DNA of 64,000 bases, taken from positions 2,368,001-2,432,000 of the forward strand of contig OZ242383.1 of assembly GCA_965209155.1 (NCBI GenBank). Reading direction: 5' to 3'. This stretch comes from a bacterium (GTDB taxonomy: Bacteria > SAR324 > NAC60-12). Under the pieces are notes generated by a model, which did not search any database, had not been told where the DNA came from, and was given only the letters and a program-made list of their open reading frames with translations. Positions 1 to 9,316 of this stretch are shown in pieces. Every line of letters begins with the position of its first letter. The first letter of the stretch is position 1. A program made the position numbers and the translations under genes.

Positions 1-797
1 CTTTCGATGCCGAGCAACTGATGGAGCAACCCACTGTCACGTACATAAATTTTTGGAGCTTTGACTTGACGCTTTGCTATATTGACATGGTAGGGCTGCA
101 GTTGTCGAACCATAAAAGCATCGCTTAATAGATCCAAATACCTGCGGGTGGAAGACTGGCTGACAGAAAGGGCCCCTGCGATTTCTGACCCATTCCAGGT
201 TTGCCCATGGTAGTGAGCCAACATGTTCCAAAATCGTCTTAAAGTTGTCGTTGGTATCCTTACACCCCATTGAGGGAAATCTCGCTCCAGCAAGGTTTGG
301 ATAAAATTCTGACGCCCACTGTAACTATCTGCATGGTTTTCTGCCAGGTAGGACAACGGTAAACCTCCTCGTAACCAAAGTTTGATCTCATCTCTTTGTT
401 TCAGTTCCCATAAGTTAAATCCGCTAAGAGTGATTCTTTCCATGCGACCCGCCAGACTTTCTGAAGATTGGCGCATGAGTTGGCCAGAGGCGCTACCCAG
501 AATCAGAAATTTGTGCCCACGATCTGCCAATACTCGTAAAACGGGAAATAATTCAGGCCTTTGCTGCACCTCATCAATGACCACCAAACCTTTTAAAGAT
601 TGCAAGGCAGTGAGAGGTTCATCCAAGCGTGCGAGATCCGTTGGATTTTCCAAGTCAAAATAATTAATGGAGTCTTCCCTTAAAAATTGCTGGGCCAGGG
701 TGGTTTTACCGGATTGGCGAGGACCAACTAAAAGCGTGACAGGATTACGAGTCAAAGCTCTCTTCAGGTCCGCAAGATATTGAGCGCGAGGAATCAT
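1..797 (-). CDS. AAA+ ATPase, AAA_14 + DUF4143 type (runs off the window start)
   Basis: Not in the ORF track. Manual translation from ATG at 797 gives MIPRAQYLADLKRALTRNPVTLLVGPRQSGKTT (Walker A), VVIDEVQ (Walker B), LILGSAS, SESLAGR and KAPKIYVRDSGLL; the frame stays open to position 1. Confidence 0.85.
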   Translation of the reverse strand, partial: MIPRAQYLADLKRALTRNPVTLLVGPRQSGKTTLAQQFLREDSINYFDLENPTDLARLDEPLTALQSLKGLVVIDEVQQRPELFPVLRVLADRGHKFLILGSASGQLMRQSSESLAGRMERITLSGFNLWELKQRDEIKLWLRGGLPLSYLAENHADSYSGRQNFIQTLLERDFPQWGVRIPTTTLRRFWNMLAHYHGQTWNGSEIAGALSVSQSSTRRYLDLLSDAFMVRQLQPYHVNIAKRQVKAPKIYVRDSGLLHQLLGIE

Positions 798-875
798 AAC
801 CAATATTACCATGAATATTGTTCATTCGTTACTTAAATTTCATGGTATTTAGGCCTTAGGATCCTGAAATGCGTT

Positions 876-1463
876 TTAAACAGGAAAATGGGGTCTCTCA
901 TTCTTTATCTTTTCTCGTGCTGCTTGCCATCTGTCCTCAGCCACCCGATATTCCCTCATCGTGAATTTCAATCGACCAGAAAGTGCCAACGCGTTGAATC
1001 GCGGATTCATGGAAGAAATTGAACATGTGTCCAAAAGCTTTTTATATAATGCTTTCCAATCTCCTGCATCATAAGTATACACTTTAGTGATCCCCGCTTC
1101 CAATGCTATCGCCGCATGCCTGGCATCATGAGTTCGACGAGCTTTCAGACCATATTTTTTTGCTTAATCCAGCATTTTTAATGAAGCTTTCAATCCAGAG
1201 GCCATCACTTGAATTTGAGAGGGAGTTTCAATTAATGATCTAACGGCATCAGCTGCTTCCTCTGGAGAATGAGTCGGTTGCGCCCCTATCCAAGTCAATG
1301 CTGCATAAACTTCACTCAAAATGCCAGTTGTCGTACAATCGCCTATCCTTCCGGCTCTTGCAGCCTCCACTAATGGGCGAGCCTCTGAATGACGTCCATC
1401 CCCCTGTAATAACGCACCAATGAACATTCCTGCATCAAATAAGATCAAATCACTCTGACTCAT
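876..1463 (-). pseudogene. PIN-domain (VapC-like) toxin interrupted by an in-frame TAA at 1164-1166
   Basis: N-terminal ILFDAG and LSEVY motifs. The same frame continues past the stop as AKKYGLKARRTHDARHAAIALEAGITKVYTYD, the PIN C-terminal motif. Confidence 0.8.
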
Positions 1464-1668
1464 GATAAATGGCTTCTTTCCAACCTTTTGGAATATGCCC
1501 TTTTAAAACAGGTAAAGGTTTCAATTGAGACTTAGGGCGTATAATAATTTCATTCCCATTCGGCAATTGTACCGTCACACTTTGCTGCTCTGACGATATT
1601 GATAGTAAAATGTGCTCAACCGGGAGTTTTTTGAACTCTGCTAAAGTTAAATATTCTGGAAATGACAT
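1450..1668 (-). CDS. putative antitoxin of the PIN toxin (72 aa)
   Basis: Small ORF with a GGAGG RBS, directly upstream of and overlapping the PIN gene; typical type II TA layout. Confidence 0.6.
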   Translation of the reverse strand: MSFPEYLTLAEFKKLPVEHILLSISSEQQSVTVQLPNGNEIIIRPKSQLKPLPVLKGHIPKGWKEAIYHESE

Positions 1669-2282
1669 GTTATCCTCCGGTGAAATTTTTTATGGGAAAG
1701 TTGTTACTTTTTTATATCACAGTAGATATCAAGGGGCGAGAGAAAACGGGGGACATGTACTTTTTTGCTACGTATCCCCGGTTTTTCCGGTTTATGCTAA
1801 TGGCACGTTTCAAAATCTAAATGGTAATACCATGAATATTTTTATCATCGGCTCGAACACCCTCGACCATTCCCTGGTCGATTATATCATCAGTGGTAAC
1901 TATTCATGTATCTTCAGAGAACCCATCGATTTAAGCACAGGTTTTGCCTGGCATAGAGTCCGGAAAGGACTTTATGCTCTCGGTGGAGTGAACCTTCACT
2001 TTCTGGCTCATGATCATAAAGAAGCGGATCTCCCTGATTGATAGATTTTTAATTTTTTTACGAATCCTGCATTTTTTTTTAATTTGGGGGTTGACATTAT
2101 GCAAGTAGTAGTAGTAGTGCTAAAATCATACCATCACTAAGTTGTTTTAGTGAAAGAAGAGGGTTTCCGATCGATGGAACAATATCGTGGGAGGACTTGA
2201 AAACGATCGCTCCTCTCCGGGAATCTTTTTAATGATATTTAACTGAATCGTTTTTTAACCACTCCAAAATGAAGGAGATCCA

Positions 2283-2336
2283 ATGTGTAGAGAAATCCTC
2301 GACAACCTGCTTTCGGGAATGAAAGCAGGTTTTTAA
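2283..2336 (+). other. short leader ORF (MCREILDNLLSGMKAGF) overlapping a terminator-like hairpin
   Basis: AAGGAG RBS at ~2272 and ATG at 2283; stem AACCTGCTTTC-GGGAAT-GAAAGCAGGTT followed by Ts. A diverged copy lies at ~2416-2444. Confidence 0.35.
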
Positions 2337-2499
2337 ATCAACCCACAATCTTGTTTTTATTCAAAAAGCAGAAAGGAGCACCATGAACCGTCAAAGAAGT
2401 AGAAGCATCGTCGAGAACGTGCTTTCGGGAATGAAGGCAGGTTTCAAATCAATCCTTAATTCTCAACATCTCGAAAAGGAAAAATTGATAGGAGGACTT

Positions 2500-3720
2500 A
2501 TGCTGAAAAAATCATTCTTAATGAAAAAATTAATTAGACGTATTTTACTGGCGTCCCTGGTAGGGACGATGGCCCTGGGAGTGACGGCCGCGCAAGCCGG
2601 CACCATCAAGGTCGGTATCACCTTTAATATGGTCTCCGAGACCGGCGAGAAGATGGGCCAAATGGTTATGGATGAGTTTGCGAAACAGAACGAGTTGGGC
2701 GGCATCAACGGCCATCAGCTCAAGCCCATCTTAATGAGGTCCGATTGTAAGACGGATAAGGGCGTCGCCAACGTGTCAAAGTTCGTCCACCAGGACAAGG
2801 TTCATCTGATTATTGGTGCGACCTGCAGTGGGGTGACTATAGCGAGCATGGAAGTAAGTAGAAAGGCGGGAGTGCCCCAAATAACCCCGCATTCGACAAA
2901 CGAAACGATCACTATGAAGGGCAACCCATGGATTTTTCGATCGTCCATCTCCGGCCGTTTCGGTGGAACCGTCCTCCCCAGGTGGACCTCGGAGAACGTC
3001 GGCACCAACATCGCCTACGTATATAGCAGCGATGCGGCAGCCCAAGGATTTATGAAGACGTTCAAGGGTTATTTGAAGAAGCACTATGGCGTTGATCCGG
3101 CAGGATCTTTTATGGTGCCTGAAGATTCGATCGACGTCCGCGCTCAGCTGCTCAAGGCTAAGGCTACTGACGCTGATGCCATTTTGATAGGTGGCCTTCC
3201 AGCGGTGGTGGGGCGCTGGTTCCGGCAAGCCAAAGAGGTGGGCATCAAGGTCCCCCTCTTCAGCGGGAATGGCATATCGAACGTGAGCGTTCCCAAAGCA
3301 GCGGGCGACTCAATCGTCGGCGCTTGGTTCGATGCCGCGTACACTGGGTACGACCCCCGCCCGATCGCACGACTGTTCAACGAGATGACCAAAGAGAAGT
3401 ACGGCATCCCTTTTCCGGGCCAGGACCTCGCGCAAGCCTGGGACGTAAGCCAGATCGTATTCGCTGCCCTCAAGAGAGCCAAACTCACCCTCACTGACGC
3501 CTCGCTCGCTGACGACCGCACGGCAATTCGCGATGCTCTCGCCGCCACTCGTAATTACATGGGGCTGGCATCGGGCCCGATCAGCTTCTGCAAGGATCCG
3601 TCGCCACAGTGTCGTGACGGAGCACGGACCCCGGTAATGGTTCGCTACACCAAGGGCGGTGAAAACTTCCAAATAGAGCTCATTGATCGTCCAACCCAGG
3701 ATATCGACACTGGTCTCTAA
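2500..3720 (+). CDS. branched-chain amino acid-type ABC transporter substrate-binding protein
   Basis: Signal peptide ending AAQA, then GTIKVGI, GGING and IIGATCS motifs of the LivJ family. GGAGG RBS before ATG 2500 (the ORF track starts at 2383). Confidence 0.85.
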   Translation: MLKKSFLMKKLIRRILLASLVGTMALGVTAAQAGTIKVGITFNMVSETGEKMGQMVMDEFAKQNELGGINGHQLKPILMRSDCKTDKGVANVSKFVHQDKVHLIIGATCSGVTIASMEVSRKAGVPQITPHSTNETITMKGNPWIFRSSISGRFGGTVLPRWTSENVGTNIAYVYSSDAAAQGFMKTFKGYLKKHYGVDPAGSFMVPEDSIDVRAQLLKAKATDADAILIGGLPAVVGRWFRQAKEVGIKVPLFSGNGISNVSVPKAAGDSIVGAWFDAAYTGYDPRPIARLFNEMTKEKYGIPFPGQDLAQAWDVSQIVFAALKRAKLTLTDASLADDRTAIRDALAATRNYMGLASGPISFCKDPSPQCRDGARTPVMVRYTKGGENFQIELIDRPTQDIDTGL

Positions 3721-3733
3721 CAGTTAACGTTTA

Positions 3734-3761
3734 GCCAGGGCGGGACCTTTCCCGCCCTGGC
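3734..3761 (+). terminator. GC-rich stem-loop after the binding-protein gene (mRNA stabiliser or partial terminator)
   Basis: Perfect 12-bp stem GCCAGGGCGGGA-CCTT-TCCCGCCCTGGC; no U-tract. Confidence 0.6.
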
Positions 3762-3855
3762 CATCAACCCCCAATCAGCGCAATTATGATGTCAGCGTTG
3801 AGAGAGTTGGCACGTCGCTTACTGAGAGAACCATTGCAAACCGGAGCATCTACAT

Positions 3856-4878
3856 ATGATTGACAAAGCCCGAACAGCCACCGCCTCACTGCGCGGGGGA
3901 CTGTACTCGCTGCATCCGCTCGCGCCGTGGGTGCTGTCCGGCATCGTGCTGGTCCCGGTGCCATGGCTCGTGCTGAACGAGTACCAGATCTACCTGGTCG
4001 ACTTCACTTGCGTGATGATCCTGGCCTCAGTTGGCCTCAACATCATCAAGGGCTTTGCAGGCCAGGTCACCGTCGGACACATCGGTCTCTTTGCGATTGG
4101 GGCCTACTCCTCGGCCATTCTGTCACTCAACTTCGGGTTTCCGTTCTGGCTCTCACTGCCCTGTGCGGTGGCGATCACCGCGATGGCGGGCTTGATCGTC
4201 GGGATCCCCTCATTCCGGCTCGAAGGCGCCTATCTGGCACTAGTGACCCTTGGCCTCAGTGAATCAGTCCGTATCTTTATCATTGTGACGCCTTATCTCG
4301 GCGGGACCATAGGCATCGGCAACATCCCGGCGCCCCAGATCGGGGACTTCGCCTTTGACAACTGGACCCGGTATTACTTCCTGCTGATGCCGATAACCTT
4401 GCTCGGCATCTACTGCTCTTTTCGCATTCTGGGCTCGAGGGTGGGACGTGCGTTCAAGGCTCTGCGCGAGGATCCGATCGCTGCGGCCGCGGCCGGTATA
4501 AACGTGCGCCGCTACAAGCTGCTGGCTTTTTTTATAAGCGCTATCTACGCAGGCACCGCGGGCGTTATGTGGGCTCACATGGATCCAGGCTATATCAGCC
4601 CCAACAGCATCACCCTCCTCGAGATGGTGACCATGCTGCTGATAGTGGTACTCGGCGGCATCGGCAACATCTGGGGGGGCATCATCGGCGCGATCATCGT
4701 CACCATCGTCCACGACCTCACCGCTCCTTATCCCTGGTATCAGTTTGTGCTCTACGGAGGGTTCATCGTCATCACCGTGTTGTACATGCCAAAGGGAATT
4801 GGAGGCCTTATCGAGCGATACTTTGTCACCCGCCGCTTCATCGAGGCACGCAACCGGAGGCTCAGCGATGCTACTTAG
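3856..4878 (+). CDS. livM: branched-chain amino acid ABC permease (LivM-like)
   Basis: GFAGQVTVGH, GAYLALVTLG and GRAFKALRED motifs; multiple hydrophobic segments. Confidence 0.85.
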   Translation: MIDKARTATASLRGGLYSLHPLAPWVLSGIVLVPVPWLVLNEYQIYLVDFTCVMILASVGLNIIKGFAGQVTVGHIGLFAIGAYSSAILSLNFGFPFWLSLPCAVAITAMAGLIVGIPSFRLEGAYLALVTLGLSESVRIFIIVTPYLGGTIGIGNIPAPQIGDFAFDNWTRYYFLLMPITLLGIYCSFRILGSRVGRAFKALREDPIAAAAAGINVRRYKLLAFFISAIYAGTAGVMWAHMDPGYISPNSITLLEMVTMLLIVVLGGIGNIWGGIIGAIIVTIVHDLTAPYPWYQFVLYGGFIVITVLYMPKGIGGLIERYFVTRRFIEARNRRLSDAT

Positions 4879-5677
4879 GACAGAGCAGCTCAGCAAGCAA
4901 TTCGACGGTCTGCTCGCAATCTCAAACGTTGATTTCGAGCTCGCCGAGGGAGAGGTCCGGGGTCTCATCGGTCCCAATGGCTCCGGCAAGAGCACATTCT
5001 TCAACCTGGTCTCTGGAATCTACAAGCCCGACACAGGTCGGGTGTGGTTCCAGGACGAGGAGATCACCGGATTGGAATCCCATCTCACGGCCGAGCGTGG
5101 GATTGCCCGGACCTTTCAACTCCTGCGCATGTTTACGGAGATGACGGTGCTTGAGAATCTGATGGTAGGCCATCATGTACACGGAAATTACAATGCACTG
5201 GCGGCGACGTTCGGGCTTCGCCATGTCTGCGAGGAGGACGCTCGGGTGCGCGAAGAGATGATGGACCTGCTGTCCACCATCGGGCTTGTAGACTACGCGG
5301 AACTGCCCGCCTCGGAGCTTTCGATCGGACAACGCCGACTGCTAGCACTTGGTCGTGCGATGGCGATGCGCCCGAAACTCCTGCTGCTGGACGAGCCAGC
5401 GGCGGGGCTGAGCCCACTCAACGTGGACAATATGATGCGGATCGTGATGGAACTCAGGGACCGTTACGGACTGACGGTGGTCATCATTGAGCATATCCTG
5501 CGGGTGGTGATGGAGGTATGCGAGCGGGTCACGGTGCTTGACCACGGCCAGAAAATCTCCGAGGGCACGCCTGATCAGGTCAAGGAGGACCCTGCGGTGG
5601 TGGAGGCCTATCTCGGGCAGGAGATAAAAGACACCGAGCTGCAAGCTGCCTTGAAATCTAAAGCCGAGGTCGTCTGA
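4868..5677 (+). CDS. livG: ABC ATP-binding protein (LivG-like)
   Basis: GLIGPNGSGKST, GIARTFQ, LLLDEPAAGL and VVEAYLG; start at ATG 4868 overlapping the livM end. Confidence 0.9.
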   Translation: MLLRTEQLSKQFDGLLAISNVDFELAEGEVRGLIGPNGSGKSTFFNLVSGIYKPDTGRVWFQDEEITGLESHLTAERGIARTFQLLRMFTEMTVLENLMVGHHVHGNYNALAATFGLRHVCEEDARVREEMMDLLSTIGLVDYAELPASELSIGQRRLLALGRAMAMRPKLLLLDEPAAGLSPLNVDNMMRIVMELRDRYGLTVVIIEHILRVVMEVCERVTVLDHGQKISEGTPDQVKEDPAVVEAYLGQEIKDTELQAALKSKAEVV

Positions 5678-5678
5678 C

Positions 5679-6569
5679 ATGTTCTTCAATTTCATCATTA
5701 TTGGTCTGTCACTAGGCATTGTCTACGGGTTGGTCGCGCTTGGGATCTCGCTCATCTACCGCGGAATCGACGTTGTCCACTTCGCCCAGGGCGAAATCTT
5801 CATGCTTGGTGCATTCGTGGGCCTCGTCGCCTTGAAATTACATGAAGGCAGCGTGCCTTACTGGCTGGCGCTGATTGTAACGACCATCTTTATTGGGATT
5901 TTAGGTGTTGTGATAGAGCGCGTGTTCTACCGGCGTTTAACCGAGGGCGGTGGCGGCTATACCGTCGCCGGAATGGGCATCATCATCTGCGGATTCGGCA
6001 TGTCGATGGTGCTGATGGGCATCGCCTTCATTATATGGGGTGCTGAGCATAAGAGCTACCCGGTTGAGTTCGGTCCCGCCATCTTTCTGGGCGAGATCTT
6101 CCTGCCGAGGACCTACATCTGGATCGCGGTGGTGGGATTAGTGATAATGATTGGGCTCTCCTTTTTCTTGTACAAGACCAAACTCGGGCTCGCCGCTCGC
6201 GCAGTCGCGTTTAGCAGGGAGACTGCGTACCTTATGGGGGTCAACGTGCCACTTATGATCTCGCTCATCTTCGGGCTCGGCTGCGCGGTGACGGGAGCTG
6301 CGGGGGTGCTTATCGCCCCTATCCTCTTCGCCCAAATCCAAATGGGTTATGTCATGATATTGAAGGCGTTCGCGGCAGCGGTGGTCGGTGGTTTTGGCAG
6401 CCTGCCTGGCGCCATTATTGGGGGCCTGATAGTCGGCTTGTTCGAGACGTTGTGTGCGGGTTACCTGTGGGATGAATACAAGGACATTTACGCTTTCTTC
6501 CTGATGCTCGTGGTGCTAATGATCCGGCCCTCCGGCATGCTAGGCATCAACGTCAAGGTCAAGGCATGA
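5679..6569 (+). CDS. livH: branched-chain amino acid ABC permease (LivH-like)
   Basis: VVHFAQGE, KAFAAAVVGGFGS and RPSG motifs. Confidence 0.88.
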   Translation: MFFNFIIIGLSLGIVYGLVALGISLIYRGIDVVHFAQGEIFMLGAFVGLVALKLHEGSVPYWLALIVTTIFIGILGVVIERVFYRRLTEGGGGYTVAGMGIIICGFGMSMVLMGIAFIIWGAEHKSYPVEFGPAIFLGEIFLPRTYIWIAVVGLVIMIGLSFFLYKTKLGLAARAVAFSRETAYLMGVNVPLMISLIFGLGCAVTGAAGVLIAPILFAQIQMGYVMILKAFAAAVVGGFGSLPGAIIGGLIVGLFETLCAGYLWDEYKDIYAFFLMLVVLMIRPSGMLGINVKVKA

Positions 6570-6743
6570 TGCGCCGCTCCCATCACTACGTTTTCCCAGG
6601 GGAACTTGTTTTTTTCGAAGTCTGAGACGGATGTATAGAATAGAGCTTAAAGAATTAGAAAAAAGTATGACAACTCTGATACATTATTTTGATGAAACTG
6701 AAATGCTCGGAACATCTATTCGAGAAAGTGGAAAGGCTGTCTG

Positions 6744-7469
6744 GTGTTAAAGATTCGAGATCTCGAGACCGGCTACGGCAAGGTCAAGATCCTTCACGGA
6801 GTCGATTTGACGGTTCCAAATGGTGGCATCGTGGCACTTCTTGGGGGAAACGGCACCGGCAAGTCCACCCTCCTTAAGTGTGTCTCGGGACTGCTCAGGG
6901 CGTGGAGCGGCACCATCGAGTTCAACGGCCAGCCGATCAGCAGGTTGAGACCTGACCGTATTGTGCGCCTCGGGCTGGTCCAGGTCACTCAGAGCAAGGA
7001 CTCCTTCCCGGTATTGACAGTCGAGGAGAACCTCCGGATGGGGGCTTACACCCGCAGTGATCGAGCCAGCATTGCCGAGGACATGGACAAGGTCTTCGAC
7101 TATTTCCCTGTACTTAAGGAGCGCCGCTCGCAACTTGCGGCGACCTTGAGCGGTGGCGAGATCCAGATGATGGTGATCGGCCGGGGTCTGATGGCGCGAC
7201 CGAAGATGATCATGTTCGACGAGCCGAGTGCCGCGCTCTCGCCAAAGGTGGTGCTCGACATCTGCACTGCGATCGGCCGCATCCGCGACGAGGGGCTCAC
7301 CATCCTGTTGGTGGAGCAGAACGTGCGCCTGGCGCTGATGCTGGCAGATTACGGCTACGTCATCCGCGACGGGCGGATCGACATCGAAGGCAAGTCAGAC
7401 CGTCTCATAGACGCCGATGCGGTGCGCGAGGCCCACTTCGGCGGCACCGTCGCGGGAGTTCAAGAATGA
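6744..7469 (+). CDS. livF: ABC ATP-binding protein (LivF-like)
   Basis: GGNGTGKST, LSGGE, DEPS and LLVEQN motifs; GTG start. Confidence 0.88.
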   Translation: MLKIRDLETGYGKVKILHGVDLTVPNGGIVALLGGNGTGKSTLLKCVSGLLRAWSGTIEFNGQPISRLRPDRIVRLGLVQVTQSKDSFPVLTVEENLRMGAYTRSDRASIAEDMDKVFDYFPVLKERRSQLAATLSGGEIQMMVIGRGLMARPKMIMFDEPSAALSPKVVLDICTAIGRIRDEGLTILLVEQNVRLALMLADYGYVIRDGRIDIEGKSDRLIDADAVREAHFGGTVAGVQE

Positions 7470-8335
7470 GTGAACAACGACTGGAAGGAAAGGTCGCGAT
7501 CATCACGGGCGCAGCTGGCGGTATCGGATCGCGCCTGACGAGGGCTTTCCTGAACGAAGGCGCGAAGGTGGTGGCTGTCGACTTCAGCGAGGCAGCGCTC
7601 GCGAGGCTCGTCGCCGAACTCGCCGAGGACGGCGTGACCCGGGCGCAACTAATGCCGATCGAGACCGACATTTCCGACTCGCAGGCCTGCGCGAACTGTG
7701 TCCAGTCGACACTCGACGCTTTCGGTACCGTGCACGCGCTCGTGAACAACGCGGGAATCACATTGAATGTTGTGCGTCCGGACTACCTGACGCAACCGGT
7801 CAGGACCAGCGAGCTGAGTCCGCAGCTATGGGACCGGTTTGTGGGTGTCAACCTCTCCGGTGCGTGGTACCTGAGCTACAACGTGCTGCCACACATGGTC
7901 GACCAGGGCTACGGCCGAATCATCAACGTAACGACGAGCTACAACGGAATGCTTTTTGTCGGTGGGCAACCCTACGGGCCTTCCAAGGCCGGTGTGGAGG
8001 CGATGTCCTTGAGCCACGCTGGCGAGTTCCGCGGCACCGGCGTCACCGTGAACGTGGTCGTGCCGGGCGGGCCGGCAGACACGCCGATGATACCGAAAGA
8101 GGCACCGTTTGCGCGCAGTGACCTGATCGATCCTGAGTGTATGGCGCCGCCGATGATCTGGTTATGCGCCGAGGCAGGCGACGACGTGACCGGCCGGCGT
8201 TACATCGCCGCAAAATGGGATCCCGATATCGACTTCGACGTGGCCGCGGCAGCCTGCTCGCGTCCCGCCGCGTGGCCCGAACTCACGCAAGATTTGATTA
8301 AACCAAAAACCACTTTCAAAGGAGATCAAGAATGA
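7466..8335 (+). CDS. short-chain dehydrogenase/reductase (SDR)
   Basis: TGAAGGIG, VNNAG and YGPSK catalytic motif. Confidence 0.9.
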   Translation: MSEQRLEGKVAIITGAAGGIGSRLTRAFLNEGAKVVAVDFSEAALARLVAELAEDGVTRAQLMPIETDISDSQACANCVQSTLDAFGTVHALVNNAGITLNVVRPDYLTQPVRTSELSPQLWDRFVGVNLSGAWYLSYNVLPHMVDQGYGRIINVTTSYNGMLFVGGQPYGPSKAGVEAMSLSHAGEFRGTGVTVNVVVPGGPADTPMIPKEAPFARSDLIDPECMAPPMIWLCAEAGDDVTGRRYIAAKWDPDIDFDVAAAACSRPAAWPELTQDLIKPKTTFKGDQE

Positions 8336-9243
8336 GTGAACAACGACTTAATGGCTGGAACAAGCAAAAAACAGTTTTTACCTATGCGAACGATCGGAAA
8401 TTTGATACTGGTCTCCGTAAAGGCGCAGTATATGCCGACCTTGGCCTCGCAGAAGCAACCAGGGGTCAATTTCACGGTGAGATTATCAAAAAAAATCCAG
8501 ATAATTTAGTGACAGATAAAGAAAAATCAACCACAGGCATGCACCGTCATCATTATGATTTTCAGTTTAACTATGTCCTGTCGGGAGAGATCGATTTGGT
8601 AATTGAAGAGGAAGAGAAAACAACCTTCAGGGCTGGCGACACCTACTTTATCCCATCCCGGGCCCTTCATGACGAAACCCGGGTTACTGACGACTTCCAG
8701 GTAGTGCAAATTTACGGGCCAGCCAAGGCTCAAACAGATACAGTAGGTCAGGCAGGGGGTGGCGGTGAGGTGTCCGAAGACTGGTCCGACAAGCTATCAA
8801 AAATGAGCGAACAACGTCTGACAGGTTGGAACAAGCAAAAACCGGCCTTCACTTTTGCCAAGGGCCGCGAGTTTGGATCGGGCCTCCGCAGGGCCGCTTT
8901 ATATGCGGACCTTGGCCTCGCAGAAGCTACCGGCGGTCAGTTTCATGCGGAGATCATCAAAATCAATAAAGACGTACATACCTCTCAGCAAACAAGCGGG
9001 ATGCACCGTAACGAATATGATTTTCAGTTTAACTATGTGCTCGCTGGTGAAATCGATTTTGTGATTGAAGGAATAAACGATGCGCCAGGCGATGAGAAGT
9101 TGGTTTTCAGAGCGGGGGACACCTATTTCCTATCGAGCAGAGTTCTGCACAACGAAACGCGGGTGTCTGAAGACTTTTCAGTCATGCAGGTATATGGACC
9201 AGCAAACGCTTCCACAGAGCAATTAACGCCAGAGGTTGACTAA
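8332..9243 (+). CDS. tandem (double) cupin-domain protein
   Basis: Two homologous halves, each beginning MSEQRLxGWNKQK, with cupin motifs GMHRHHYDFQFNYV / GMHRNEYDFQFNYV and AGDTYF...LH(D/N)E. Confidence 0.8.
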   Translation: MSEQRLNGWNKQKTVFTYANDRKFDTGLRKGAVYADLGLAEATRGQFHGEIIKKNPDNLVTDKEKSTTGMHRHHYDFQFNYVLSGEIDLVIEEEEKTTFRAGDTYFIPSRALHDETRVTDDFQVVQIYGPAKAQTDTVGQAGGGGEVSEDWSDKLSKMSEQRLTGWNKQKPAFTFAKGREFGSGLRRAALYADLGLAEATGGQFHAEIIKINKDVHTSQQTSGMHRNEYDFQFNYVLAGEIDFVIEGINDAPGDEKLVFRAGDTYFLSSRVLHNETRVSEDFSVMQVYGPANASTEQLTPEVD

Positions 9244-9316
9244 TACACAGACTGATCCGACTTGGGCAATTCATTTTTTTCCTCATCCCTTAACACCTAG
9301 CTAAAGGAGAAGATCG

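Noticed and set aside
1610..2041. 143-aa plus-strand ORF
   Set aside because: Overlaps the antitoxin antisense, spans a hairpin and shows no recognisable motif.
2383..2499. 39-aa N-terminal extension of the binding protein
   Set aside because: A strong RBS and signal peptide begin at 2500; the extension is the duplicated leader unit.
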